Assembly (NCBI GenBank): GCA_030704615.1
Contig: CM060733.1
Location: 35,092,001-35,156,000 of the forward strand
DNA: 64,000 bases
Direction: 5' to 3'
From: Takakia lepidozioides
Taxonomy: Eukaryota > Plantae > Bryophyta
The notes under the pieces are model-generated. The model was not told the DNA's origin. It saw only the letters and a program-made list of their open reading frames with translations, and did not search any database. A program made the position numbers and the translations under genes. Position 1 is the stretch's first letter. Every line of letters starts with the position of its first letter. Positions 51,392 through 64,000 of this stretch are shown here, one piece after another.

Positions 51392-51733
51392 GTTTTTCAT
51401 CTAACCTAGATGAAAAGCGGACTGCGTCCGTCGGGTTCAAGACAGGATGAACGCACAATGTCTTTCATCTTCCGCGAATAAGAAACGGACAACGTTCGTC
51501 GGGCATACAGGCTGGCGGATGTTTTTCATCCTGAAAAGGATGAGTGATGGGCCAGACAGGGGAAAACCCTGCGCAACCCTAATGTCTTTCTTTTTGCGCT
51601 GTGAGAGTGCGCGCGATGGCGGCTTGGGAGGAGCGATGGTGCTCGTGCTGCAGATACCATGAGCTGCCAATCCTTGAGTGTTTATGGTTCATGTGAGCGC
51701 CGCCTATGCGGGCTCTAAGGCGATGGCGGTGGC
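51392..51733 (-). repeat. Right arm of the inverted repeat pair (partner 42899-43242)
   Basis: Reverse-complement match to 42899-43242. Confidence 0.85.
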
Positions 51734-53449
51734 TTAGAGATGAGGGAAGATTCACTGTCTCATTTGTCTGTTTTTTGCTGCACAAGGGAACCACGGCAGT
51801 GATGGTGGAGGTACCACCTGCCTACTTATGAAGTTTCCTAGGAGCCCTCCTCTAGATCTTTGATGAATGGCGGCGTCTTGGTAGAACAAGGAAGTCTCTC
51901 CCTCCCTCCCTTTATAAACCCTACCTTTTGAGACCAAGCTCTTTTTTCTTGTGCATGGCAAGACTTTGCTTTGGTTAAGGTAGCAGTGTTGTGGTGCTGG
52001 CGGAGACCTCCTTGTACGGTTAGGCTTGTGGAGAGATGGCGACTCTCCCTCAAACAGTAAAAAATGTTCTTTTTTCTGTTTGTCTTGTTTCCTTGCTTTC
52101 TTTGGCATTCTCTGCGCTTAGATTGAAGTGTATTTGACCTCGATAGCAAGTGTGGAAGCCTGTTACTCACCTCGTGCATCCTCACTAACTCACAATGCGT
52201 TGTGGTTGTTTTTGGGACAGGCACAGATGAGGGCTTCCACTTAATATTCTTGATGTCTAGGTGCTGCTGGATGCCAAGTGGGATTGCAGAGCAGGGGAAG
52301 GAATCGCTTGCCAGGGACTCATCTTAAAATGTTGAAAAACTAAACTACTCTATGGTTTTTCTTGATCCTACCTCTTTTATTTCTTAATCTTTGAAGAACA
52401 AGTGTAATGCTTTCTACGATGGGCTATTTTCGGCCCAGCCACTGGAAAACCTCTGCTTTGTTGTGACAGCCGGGTTTATGATGGCTTGTGTGAGAGACAC
52501 ACTTCTGTTTTCCAGGCCTTAGTTTGCTTTGCTTACCTTATGGTAGTTGGAAACAAATTGAGAGGCTGCAAGGAACTGTTTGCTGCAGCTACTCGGGTAC
52601 CCATGTTGGTAAAATGCCCTGTTATGTTCCAACCCGGATGGCTTTGTTAGCTAAATGCTTAGGCCAGGGTATGGTGAAGTTTCTGCCTGTGGCTATTCGG
52701 CTGACACTGAAATATGACAGCAATATATCTGGTAACTGGTTTTTGAGGCAGTCAGGGTGGTCAAGTGGAAATACCTCCTGGACATGGTGTAATGACATGG
52801 TCAAATGTGGAATGATGTGAATAGGGTGTATTGACAATATCATATATTGTCACAGGATGTGTATGCAGTCCTTTAGCTTTATCTTGTTGTGTCATGAACT
52901 TTGATTTTCAGTTGTAGCAAGAAATAAAGGTATAGGGGTATTCTAGAAAACTTACCAGACATATCCACCTCCCATGTGGGGGCAAGCTATGCCGCAGACC
53001 AGTCTAAGCAAATACTGGCAGGGCAAGGTATTTAAATCTGTGGTATCCAAGTGTTCTTTTTGTTTTGTTTAAAAAAAAAAACCCCTCCATGACACCCATG
53101 GGGTTTGAGTAAGTATGTTTGGATTACAACTTGTGGACAGTAAATCTGTATGACCATTTGGCTTGCACCACATCAAGGCCAAAATATGGCCAAGTACCCG
53201 TCATCCCACCCAAACCTCTGAATGTGTATCATGATCATGACTGATGGTCAATCAGCATCAGTGGCATACTCTTTGGGTTTTGAATAATACTGACATGAAC
53301 ACATTACTGTGCATGGATGTAATTCTGGATTTTCTAAGCTTGATGATTGATGGATGGTGCCACTGTTAAGTGGCTGATATGTCTGATTATTCTTTCATGA
53401 CAACAACCCTAGGGGTCCTGTCTTTGTCTTGACATGACAAAAAAATATC

Positions 53450-55800
53450 TTCTCTCTCTCTCCTCTCTTTCGTGCTGCTCACAAAAAAAAAAAAAACCAC
53501 AGAGGGAAAGAGGGGGTAGAAAAAGTTAATAAGAGAGAGGGAGAGAGTGGAAAGATATTCATATCATGTCAAGACATGGACAAGACCCTACTAGGGTCAT
53601 TGTCAATTAAAGACATAAACAGCCCAAAACAGGGCACCATCTAACATTTCCAATCTTGTCATAGTTTCCCATGAATTGACATCACCCAATCAGTCATGAT
53701 AAAACAGGGTGGGAGGGCGGGGTTTGTTCATGTAGGGGATGCAAACATCTTGAACACCCGAGATCCGGCCATCTTGGCCAATGAATCATCAAATTGCAGG
53801 TTACGAGCCTGATGTCATGACAAGGTCAGAATCACTGATTGCAACACCTTACCTTATCAGCATATGGTCATGCATCAAGCAAAGCATAAGGACCAACCTG
53901 CAATATTTCAGAATCAGGACATGCCTCCAAGCAATCCACTTGGGCATGATAAAAAAGATTCCATACCATTTGTAATCACCCCAAGACGTGTAATCATACA
54001 AGGCGTCAAGGGAATGTGAGATCAGCTTGTCATATTGCAAATTCAAGACATGTACACACAAGCATTTTGAAAACTCAGATTGCAAGTCATAGGCCTGATG
54101 TCATGACAAGGCCAAAACTATAGGTAGGATTCCATTACAGCTTACCATCCTCATCCTTCAAGAGGTCCATGCTAGAGCTTGCAACGAATACCTCACTATG
54201 ATTCATCACACACCAAAAACAGGCCCGAAAAGGAGCAGTTCGGTTCTTTATCAGGCTACTGCCATAACATTCAAGGCCACCACGTCCTTAGAGCCCCAAA
54301 CCTGCCGAAGCAGCCCCCATAAAACCAGATCCTCTATGGCCCAAAGAACTTACAACCTAGCTCAATAATCCACAGGCCCTGCTGTCAAAGATCAAAAGAT
54401 AGGGTATGGTTTGTATGCAAGCCTCAGGAAACAGGCCAGACAGGTCGAGCTGCCCATCGATGGCAGAATGACAAAAGCCAAAACATAGGCTGTAGCATGC
54501 CAAACCAGGAGCAGTCGGGTTGAAATCGGGGTCGCAGGCGGCAGCCACCTCAAAGCACAATAACCCACAAGTCTCCTCAGCCCATATCCCAATTGCATGC
54601 TCAAGAAACTTCAAAGTAGGTGAGGATCCTCACCTGGTCCCATCACAAGCCCTCACAAAATCAACGGATTAGTGAGGATTGTGGAACCCCAGGTGAATCA
54701 CAGACCCTCACACTTGTCATCGATGTCAACTAAGAAACTCAAAAGCAAGAGAAGAAGATAAGAACACAAGGATCCCTAAACTCCAAAGGCACCTTAAAGC
54801 GATTGGGGAAGAGGGTTATGCGCCATCACCACCCACAGCAAGCCGCCTCCACAAAACACATGAGCAATGAAGCAAAATAGGCAAACTCGCAAGGCAATAG
54901 AAAGGAGGGAGAGAGACTTTCCAGCACAAATGCCCTTGCTAAACTTAAAAGCCAGAGGAGGGAAGATGCCACTGCATTCACAGTAGCGTTTCCCGCTGCA
55001 AGAGAGACAAGGCGCCGCCTTCGCGCCTCCCTAGGCGCTCGTCCAACATGGGTACGACACCACAAATGGGGCAACCACCAAAGCACGTCCGCCATAACAC
55101 TCTCCCTGCGAGCTCAGAAGCACATCGCGTGCTTTTGACAGCGGGTAAGACAACATAGGGTTTTTTCCCCCCAAATTTCATCCTGGATGAAAAAAATAGA
55201 ACACATCCTTCTACCCTGACGGATTCCATCCGTGGTAGGGTTAAAAATAGGTTTTAGGGTAGGGGTTAGGGTTTCTCCTTAATTAATCATAATTAGGGGT
55301 AGTTAAGATCAATTCCAGGCCATAATCATCTGTACTCGTCATCCATAAACAGATCACTTTGTCAGGATGAAAAAGTATGGAATATCATCCGTGGCAACGG
55401 TTTACCTCCACCTAGGTAATTCATCATTCCTCACCAGACCATCCGGTATGGATTAAAAAAAAAAATCAATGAAAGAGGAATGAAAAATTATTATCCTGGT
55501 AGTTTTTCAACCGGTATGGATGAAAAACAAGATGTTGTTGGCAACCCTCATAGAGGTAATTTTTCATTCATTGGTGACTCATCCGGTATGGATTAGAGTC
55601 AATAAAAGAGGAAGGAAAAAAACCAAAAAACCATCCTAAAGGTAATTGGGTGAAAAAACAGGAAATCAACATTGATAACAACCTGCCGGTTCCCAGTAGA
55701 GAGGGAGACAGAGGGAGAGAGGGGGCAACAATGAAAAAAAAATGGGTGGTGGGGGGGGGTGACTGAGCAGCTGCTGCTCAGTCACTCCCCTCCCACTTTT
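53450..55800 (+). repeat. Copy 2 of the unclassified repeat family
   Basis: Near-collinear with 40545-42860; ends in the hairpin gtgactgagcagctgctgctcagtcac (about 55759-55785) followed by poly-T. Confidence 0.85.
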
Positions 55801-55838
55801 TTTTTTTTTTTTTTATTGTTTCCTGATCTGTCCCTGGT

Positions 55839-56024
55839 TTTGGGCTGATCAGCATTACCCCTAGGACGCCTCTCCGTCTCATCAAGAATCTTCGAGTGTG
55901 TGGTGACTGCCACACCTCCACCAAATTCATCTCAAAGATTGTTGGCCGAGCAATTGTTGTACAAGACGCTAACCGCTTTCATCACTTTGAAGATGGGATT
56001 TGTTCTTGTGGTGATTACTGGTGA
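55839..56024 (+). pseudogene. Orphan C-terminal half of a PPR DYW deaminase domain
   Basis: Manual translation gives [61 protein letters not shown]. The upstream HSE motif is absent, replaced by repeat sequence. Confidence 0.9.
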
Positions 56025-56642
56025 AATGATGTCTTCTTGCCAACATGCGAGTGTCTTGCATCATTCATTGATCTGTGACTTAGCTACTCACACCATCCAC
56101 CATTTCCCGAAAGTATTGACCATGATGTACTGTTGAGTGCATTTCCTGTGCCATACATCCACAGGAAATGATAGTGGGGTCTACCCGGCACAGGTGGGAA
56201 GTCAGCCCATAATTGCACTTGACTGAAGGGGTGATTTTTGACTAATTCTGGTGACAGTGGATGGAAATCATAGTGTTGTCCTAATTCTAGGTTTGGGTGG
56301 TGGAGCTTCTCTAAAGCTTCAAGATGGAAGTGAATACGAATTTTAATGAGCTTGATGAGAGGGGCAGCCCTGTGCACAAGTTTGTTCAGCATCTTAAATT
56401 TGGACGTGTTTGTTTCTCGTGGTGTGGCTTTGGATGGAGCCCTTGATGAACTTGCATGAATATTGTCAAAAGCTAGCCTTACGCACCAAGCATGGTGGAT
56501 GCTTGAAAGTTCATACAGTGAATGTAAGGGTATTTGGGTATGTTGTTATTGATTGATGCGGCTTTTGAAATTGAACATTGAATGCAGATCCGCCATTTTT
56601 CTTTCAGAAAAAAACAAAACATGGGATCTCTGCATGTACCAC

Positions 56643-56644
<2 letters not shown>

Positions 56645-56708
<64 letters not shown>
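56645..56708. repeat. (CT)n microsatellite
   Basis: About 32 uninterrupted CT units at the head of repeat copy 3. Confidence 0.95.
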
Positions 56709-56709
<1 letters not shown>

Positions 56710-56711
<2 letters not shown>

Positions 56712-58684
56712 GTGCTGCTCACAAAAACAAACCCCACAGAGGGAGAGAGGGGGTAGAAAAAGTTAAAAAGAGAGGGAAGATATTCATGTCATGTCAAGAC
56801 ATGGACAAGACCAACTAGGGTCATTGTCAATTAAAGACATAAACAGCCCCATGACAGGGCACCATCTAATATTTCCAGTCTTGTCATAACACACCAAGTG
56901 ACGCCACCCATTCAGTCATGATAAAACAGGGTGGGAGGGCGGGGTATGTTCATAATCAGATTCCTGTCATGTACCCAAGTGACCCTCTTGCACAATATAA
57001 GTCAGATTGCAGCCTCAGATTACATCATCCATAGTTATCCATAAGATATGCACCATCCAAGATATCATGGGCATATAAGAACATCTTGCCACATTACCGA
57101 TCCAAGATATGTATACACAAGTACCTTGAGGTGATCCAAGACAAGCATTATGCAAAGTTGGTAAGAACAGCCTGCCCTACAACACATTCAAGGAGTGTTC
57201 ACCCCGGCAGCAGGAAGGACCAGCCTGCAATTAATTACGGGTCTGCCACCAAGTACACTTCTTGGGCATGGCAAGCCATATTGCAACTTCACATTTGGCC
57301 AAATGTAAGCACCCCAAAGCATGCATCATGCAAGGCCTTCTGGGTATGTAAGAACAGCCTGTCATTATACATATTCAGGACCTGTGCACATAGGACTCTT
57401 GCTGGCCGAGCCTGTAGTAAATCAGACTCTAAACATGCAACCAAGTGAACACTTTGGGCATGACAAGACTGACTGCGACTTCATTCTATATCATGTACAG
57501 TTACCCCAAGATATGTATCATGTAAAGCCACTGATGACTTTACCCTTACACCATCAATCATCTTTTAAGGCCAAAAAATGAACCTAGTCTAAAAATCCAC
57601 AGGCAAAGCTGTCAAAGATTCAAGACAAGGTAAGATTCACATGTTGTGCTGCATGAGACAAAGCTTGTCAGGCCGGAATGCTCCATCAGCAGCATCAAAA
57701 GATAGGTCAAAAGCACGCATCATCATATCAACCCGGGAGCAAGCTGGCCGAAATCGGGGCTGCAGGCAGCAGCAGTATGTTCCTTTTGCACACATCATTA
57801 TCTACAAGCTCAAGAGAATTCAAAGTAGGTAGGGATCCTCACCTGGTCCCATCACAAGCCCCCACAAAAGCCAATGGGTTAGTGAGGATTGTGGAACCCC
57901 AGGTGAATCACAGACCCCTACACTTGTCATCGATGTCAACTAAGAACCCCAAAAGCAAGAGAGAAGACATGAAGTAAAAGGGACCCTAATCACCAAAAGC
58001 ACCTTGAGCGATTGGGGAAGGTAACTCTGCGCCATTGCCACCAGCAAGCCACCTCCAGCACAGCTAAGGAGAAGCGAAGCATACAAATGCTAGGTTTAAG
58101 AAGGGAGAGAGAGATATATACTTCCCCACCCAAGCGCCGCTGTGAAACATAAAAGCCAGAGGAGGGAAAGAGATGATGCCATCACAGCGGGGTCTCCCGC
58201 CTGTGAGAAGAGACAAGACGCCGCCATTGCGCATCACCAGGAGCTCGTCCGGCATGGGCACGAAGCAGCAGACAGGGTAGCAGCAAAGCTCAGACGCCAT
58301 AACTTCTCAGCTCGCGGGCACAGCAGCACGAGGAGTGCAGCTGACGGTGGGAGAGACACCCTAGGGCAACGCCCGATTTTTCATCTGCGGGGGATGAATA
58401 ATCAACACCCTTTAACTCAAAAACCTGGCGGATGTCATCCGTTAGCTAGGTTTAAACCGTAGGTTATAGGGTAGGGGTTAGGGTTTTACTCCTTAATTAG
58501 CCATAATGAAGGATAATTAAACAATTTTCCAGGGTCATCATAAGCTGCACTTTTCATCTGGTTTAGATGAAAAAAGGTAATAAGTTCATCAAGTTGGAGA
58601 AGGTCCACCAGTAGGATGGAAAAACAATACATATCATCCGAGGCATCGGTTTCTCATCCTAGCAGGTAATTCACCATCCCCTCA
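56710..58684 (+). repeat. Copy 3 (more divergent) of the unclassified repeat family
   Basis: Shares the head (agaaaaagttaaaaagagaggg...catgtcaagacatggacaagacc), the middle block (ggatcctcacctggtcccatcacaagcc) and the telomere-like motif at about 58460. Confidence 0.75.
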
Positions 58685-59085
58685 CTAGATTGAAATTTAA
58701 ACTCAAGGCAGGAAGCCTACCTTTGAACAACAAACAGAAGCAGAGAGGAAAGGGAGAGTGCAATTGCCCGTTGTGTGGGCAATCTGAAGACAGTATTCAT
58801 TTTTTGATACACTGTCCGGGGTTCTCTCACCAAAGAGACGCTCTATTCAAATCTATCAAGGGAATTGTGCATGTACCTCTGTTTACTAACTTTGAAAAAG
58901 TCGAGGCTGAGCCAAAAGCCCAGCCCCTTCTGAGGCCTAGTTTTTGGGCAACTCACACACAGCAGATTGATGCTTGTGTGAAGGGATTTCTAGAGGATAT
59001 CTGGAAAACCCAGATTAATTCTGTATGTGAAGGTAAGTCTTACTACCAACGTCAGCCCCTGACAGAGGTAGGATTTGTCCCTTTT
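58685..59085 (+). mobile_element. Second fragment of the RTE/RTEX-like LINE 3' end, inverted relative to 39824-40539
   Basis: KFKLKAGSLPLNNKQKQRGKGECNCPLCGQSEDSIHFLIHCPGF..., nearly identical to the minus-strand copy. Confidence 0.85.
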
Positions 59086-59325
59086 GCAACAAAGAAAAAA
59101 AATAAATGTGGCCCCCTGATGTCTCCCTCTCACTCCCTCTCTCTGTCCCTCTCTGTCCCTCTCTCCAACTACTTGTTTGGGATTATCAATTTTTTTTTTC
59201 CATAATGCTTATTTTGGAAATACTATATATTTTTAATCCCTGAAGGAATTTTGTAAGGTTTCATCCAAACTGGATGAAATTCCTGTTATAACCATAACTG
59301 GATGATTTATAGGCAGATATGCATT

Positions 59326-59825
59326 NNNNNNNNNNNNNNNNNNNNNNNNNNNNNNNNNNNNNNNNNNNNNNNNNNNNNNNNNNNNNNNNNNNNNNNNNNN
59401 NNNNNNNNNNNNNNNNNNNNNNNNNNNNNNNNNNNNNNNNNNNNNNNNNNNNNNNNNNNNNNNNNNNNNNNNNNNNNNNNNNNNNNNNNNNNNNNNNNNN
59501 NNNNNNNNNNNNNNNNNNNNNNNNNNNNNNNNNNNNNNNNNNNNNNNNNNNNNNNNNNNNNNNNNNNNNNNNNNNNNNNNNNNNNNNNNNNNNNNNNNNN
59601 NNNNNNNNNNNNNNNNNNNNNNNNNNNNNNNNNNNNNNNNNNNNNNNNNNNNNNNNNNNNNNNNNNNNNNNNNNNNNNNNNNNNNNNNNNNNNNNNNNNN
59701 NNNNNNNNNNNNNNNNNNNNNNNNNNNNNNNNNNNNNNNNNNNNNNNNNNNNNNNNNNNNNNNNNNNNNNNNNNNNNNNNNNNNNNNNNNNNNNNNNNNN
59801 NNNNNNNNNNNNNNNNNNNNNNNNN
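59326..59825. other. Assembly gap (500 N)
   Basis: Run of N. Confidence 1.
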
Positions 59826-61472
59826 TAGTCCGATCAGCACTTTCAAATGTTTTTCTTTTCCCCCTCACTTCCATCTGGCAAGTAAAGTAAACTGGCCTCA
59901 GCGGCAGGCCTCGAGTGAAGGTCCATTGTAAAATGGCTTTCCCCACCCAAGGTCAAGCTCATAGTACGGCAATCGGGACCAGTCGGAAATGCAAATGAGT
60001 AATTGACCGAAGTTGGCCTCTTCTTTACGTCCTCCATGTAATCAAGTACGGATCTCAAGTATTTGTCTGTGATCAAAGCAATCCTTCTTGTATAAGGCCC
60101 ACTGCATAAGACAGAGGCTTGGATAGGAGCTCATCAGCTGTGGTCATAGCGCAAGCTGCATAAGATGAGTTACAACATAGTCGGACGGAACGGGCGGAGA
60201 AACTTTGAACGAACGTCAACTGCCACGAGGAGTCTGGTTTCTTGGGATGGCTCCATTCCAAGTGCTTTCGTGCGCGCGCGCCAAACATGGGCTGCGAGCG
60301 TCTCAAAAGTGGAGCACTTGCTCACATATCCCCCAGGCTGTCCCAATATTTGTTGTCTTAACTCTGTGAGGGTTTCACGGGTGAAATGGAAAGTGTTGTA
60401 TACAAAATCATCACCCAAGACATTTTCTGCCAGATCCATCTCGTCATATTCATGGTGTGGAAAGTCAATCTGACGTGGAGTTCGTGGGCGAAAGATTGTA
60501 CGGTCTAAGAATGGAGCACTCAAAGGGGTACTGTCTCCACGCACTATAGCAGCCCAAGCATGTAGGAACTGTATGAATGCGATGCCGTCCATAAACGCAT
60601 GGTTAAGGCCCACGCCGAATGCGAACCCACCACACCTGAACCTTGTCGCCTGCTAGCACGGAGGGGGGGATTCAACAAAAACTTAGCTGTTTCTGATTCA
60701 AGTTGAGGACTCAGACATGCAGTAGTGAGCATGTCCGACATACAATATTGTGACATATTATATGAATCTAAAAGACTAGTTCGGTCGCCGTCTATTTACT
60801 GAGCAAATCAGTGCCAATTGGACTCATTAAGAGTGCAGGCATTTGAGGAAAGATGCGTTCACATCCTAATCTAGTATGCGTTAATCAAAATTTCCTCTAT
60901 TCTGGAAAGTTTTAAAAATACTTACAGTGTGCAGGAAGTTTAATCGGGCACTACATGCGATGCATATATGGCAACCATGAAACAAAATTTTGACATCAGC
61001 TATGAGTTACCTGAATAACCAACGCAGGGGTCACAAGTTGCTGATGCAATGCGTCCTGATTCTTTGCCTCTGGAACAAAGAAGACCAGTTGCATCAATCT
61101 CGGATCGGGCTTGCCAGGCTCGGTGCATTTTTCCAAGTCAGATATGTCGGCATCTGCCTCAGCTTCCACAAACACGACCCCTTTGCCATTACAGTTGAGT
61201 TCGAGTTCCCCCTCCAAACTGATCTGAAGCCTTCCTGCTAGAGGGTAATACGGGACAAGTACCTTCGAAAGTGCCTCTCTCATCGCTTTTGCTACATTGT
61301 CATGGTTTACGGTAGGATTGGCATGATACAATGAAACAGCGTTCATTGTAAAAAGCAGGGGCTGATCCATGTTGGAAAGATACATCACATGATTTCTAGT
61401 AGGAACAGCTGGTACAACCAAAGTTGGGTCTTTCAAGATCACTTGGAGCTTGGGCTCAGCTACGATGTCCAT
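59826..61472 (-). CDS. BAHD/HXXXD acyltransferase (HHT/feruloyl-transferase-like). Exon 1 61472-61011; exon 2 from 60649 toward the gap. The 3' part is frameshifted.
   Basis: YLSNMDQ, ALSKVLVPYYPLAGRL, IQ|ATRFRCGGF...NHAFMDG (HXXXD), CSTFETLAAHVWRAR, YELDLGWG (DFGWG variant). Conserved BAHD intron after Q. Confidence 0.85.
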
Positions 61473-62189
61473 GCTTTCCTGAAGTTTTTTTCGTCCAGAA
61501 TGGAAGCGAGAACTTCAAATCTGGATGTCCAAGATGTTTCGGAAGCTGAGAGCATTCAAAAAACCCCAAAACGGAATTACGAGGTGAGATACTTCGGACC
61601 TTCCTCGTTCCTGACCTAGTTGCACATCTTCGGACTTGAGCTTACAGCTGTACAACTTTCAGCCTCTGCCTATCCTCGATATCGTTCTTGCTTGTGACTG
61701 TTGGCCAGAAGCATTCAAGCTACAACGCCCCTGAAAACATGATGAACTGCTAAGCAGTGCTGGTCTTCGCCGGCACCTCTTCTATAGGCTCCAATAAAGT
61801 TGATGGGATTTGGAGGAGCCTCTGAATTTTGTGGGCCCTCGTCGTAATGAGGTTGGTCTGGAAGTGGGACCCGCCAAATGGTAAAGCGCTTATTCACTTG
61901 CCAAAACTTTGCCCTATACCCTACACGCAGGGCCTTGTCCTTAGGGGCCTTACCCCTAAAGGACGAGCCTGCTTTTTGTGGGCCCTGTCCAAAACCAGAC
62001 ATACCCTCATGGGTGAGGGTATAAGCTTATCTCTCATTTGACACACATCCCACCGTACCAAAGTGATCCTACCTACTTCATGCACCTCATGTAAAAATCT
62101 CAGGAGATTTGACCGTCTAATTAGGAAGATTATTAGCTAGGCCAAATTTCCTACCATTTTTCTTTACCATTTACCGTTTTCATAGTGAG

Positions 62190-62425
62190 TTTGTTTTTTA
62201 AGAAATGAAGGGAAACACCTGGGAGTGACAGCTCACAAATCAGGCCCCTTAATACTGAGAGGAGAAAATAACCTCTTTCATAGTAACCTCGCAGTGAAGG
62301 CTTTCTGATGGGACACTGCCCAAGGGAAGGGGAGGAGAGCATACCGCACCCCTCATGTAGCAGGATTTGACCCGAGAAACATCTGGGTGTCACTCGGTGC
62401 GCACTAACCAACTGAGCTACTGACC
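62190..62425 (-). mobile_element. tRNA-derived SINE
   Basis: Minus strand reads ggtcagTAGCTCAGTTGGttagtgcg...cGGGTCAAATCC (Pol III A and B boxes), then a non-tRNA body and an A-rich tail; related to the copy at about 4000. Confidence 0.7.
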
Positions 62426-63211
62426 GTTAGTGGAAAATTGGTTTGACCAAGCACATGGCTTACCATTTAGAATTTGCTCTGATACAGGCTGTACCCAGAT
62501 TCTAATTGTATGGCACCTACAGCATGTCCACCCAAAAATCTAGAGCAAAATGCCAAAAATTCAAAATGGTTGCTTTGTATGGGAAAACAAGGGGGTAAAA
62601 ATGGCCATTTCTCCCCAAATCACCCTAAACGTGTCCCAATTTTTGAGGAAACAAAACTCCTCTTCATGCTCTTGCTTGCCTTTTTTTCTTTTTTTTTGAC
62701 GATAAAGGGGAACGGACTTGCCTTCATACTCACTACCCTGAAAAGAAATGAAACCATCCTAAGCTATTTACAGGCAGAGATTGCAAAAGAAAGGATTTCC
62801 TACTTGAATCCAAACTCAGGCCGACTATCGGCTCAGATAATCGCGGCAAGGAAAAGGGGCCACGCCATCTAAAGCGATGAACTGTTTTGTGTGAGCCCGT
62901 TAATTTTGTGGGCCCCTGCTGACAAACCCTTCGCCCGCAAATGCCGAGACTCAGCCCCATTTGCCTGCCACGTGGTAAAGTCAACCCTGCTGGAGGGCCC
63001 CAAACCATCAAAATTTTGGGTGTCCGTGCGCAGTCCAAAAATTTCTGACGGCAGTCCTTTAGGTTTTTTAGGGTGCCATCAACGCAAGGGGGTGAACTCT
63101 CTTTTGCCTGAAATGCAAAGCCATTCTCAAAACACTCCTGACCTTGGATAATTTAGTGCGCATAAGTAGTAACACACTGCTTCGAGTAAGGAAATGACAG
63201 GTCTGAATCGC

Positions 63212-64000
63212 TTAGACAATCCAAGGTATCATCGAGTTGGACGTTGGGGTCTGCTGGAGCGGTAACAGGTGTGCAGTGGTCAAACCCAAAGCATGGAGAA
63301 TTTTCTTGACATAGATGGATTGGTCAATCCAAAAAAGCTTATGCGCAAGATCTCGTATGATGATGTGGAGACCAACATACACGTCTGCAACAGATGTAGA
63401 GACTTCAAATTCTTTTTCCATGTGCGAGATCATACATGTCAGTTTGTCCGTGTGAATGCAACACCCAAGGCCGTTGTCAACAAAGATGGTCGTGAAGAGA
63501 AGAGGCAGCAGCCGACTAGAGTATACGCAAGGATCCGCATCAGTAGGGTGCAGATCTTACTGTGTGAGGAAATTGTGAACTTTCTGATTCTAAACCCTGG
63601 AAGATTGTTTGAGCCCGTAAAGACTCTCGCGTAAACGGCAAACCTTCCCTGCTTCATCCCCAGGGGTTGCAAAGCCTTTAGGCTGTAGCATGTAGATTTC
63701 CTCCTCCAAGTGCCCGTACAAAAATGTTGTCTTTATATCGAATTGGACAATGTCTATATCTTGCTGGGCAGCAATGGAGAGCACAGTCCTGATCGGCTCA
63801 TATTTAACAACTGGGGAAAACATTTGATCGTAGTCCACGCCATATTGTTGGTTGTAGCCTTTGGCCACGAGTCGAGCCTCGTATTTTGCAATGGCCCTTG
63901 TAGATGTTGTCTTTATTTTGTATATCCACTTACACGAAAATGGCCTTGCGGCCAGGAGGTAAGTGTGTCAAGACCCAGGTTTCGTATTAAGGACTGGAAT
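63212..64000 (-). mobile_element. Ty1/Copia RT pseudogene fragment, continuing beyond the window
   Basis: [28 protein letters not shown]...[25 protein letters not shown]...LYGLKQSSR; frameshifts. Confidence 0.92.

Noticed and set aside
39824-59085. Inverted LINE fragments as the ends of one 19-kb element
   Set aside because: The left copy has its own 20-bp TSD, so it is an independent retrotransposition.
59233-59946. Long ORFs containing X runs
   Set aside because: Artefacts of the 500-N gap.
62345-62425. Possible tRNA gene
   Set aside because: A and B boxes are present but the acceptor and anticodon stems do not pair; it continues into a repeat body with an A tail, so it is called a SINE.
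62476-62486. PBS-like gctctgataca
   Set aside because: Imperfect, and no LTR pair or TG...CA boundary could be defined.

Overview
Repeat-rich nuclear DNA from a land plant. The PLS/DYW PPR remnants and transposon repertoire suggest a non-seed plant (bryophyte, lycophyte or fern grade); this is inference. Host genes: the last exon of a P-class PPR gene, a DnaJ-like zinc-finger gene, a 6-exon FolD/MTHFD gene converging on an intronless sarcosine-oxidase-like FAD oxidoreductase, and a BAHD acyltransferase. The rest is mostly nested transposons. Highlights: (1) a 7.7-kb Ty3/Gypsy-type retroelement (14682-22411, 4-bp TSD ACCG) with a DNMT3-like C5 cytosine methyltransferase immediately upstream of RT-RNaseH-integrase. 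It lacks two ordinary LTRs and instead has split direct repeats (B-internal-A-B-A) with an internal CA-gc-TG circle-type junction. (2) Two distinct TSD-bounded Pack-CACTA elements carry the same shuffled cargo, in which OSB-type PDF ssDNA-binding motifs are fused to PLS-class PPR repeats; a third such pseudogene lies outside them. (3) A Mutator-like GCM/DDE/SWIM transposase sits head-to-head with a ParB/Srx-domain gene. (4) A Penelope-like RT is split in frame by a CACTA. Also present: a TTAA-flanked piggyBac-like MITE, LINEs, SINEs, a Copia fragment and a 500-N gap. All protein calls come from motif recognition by eye; no database searches were run.
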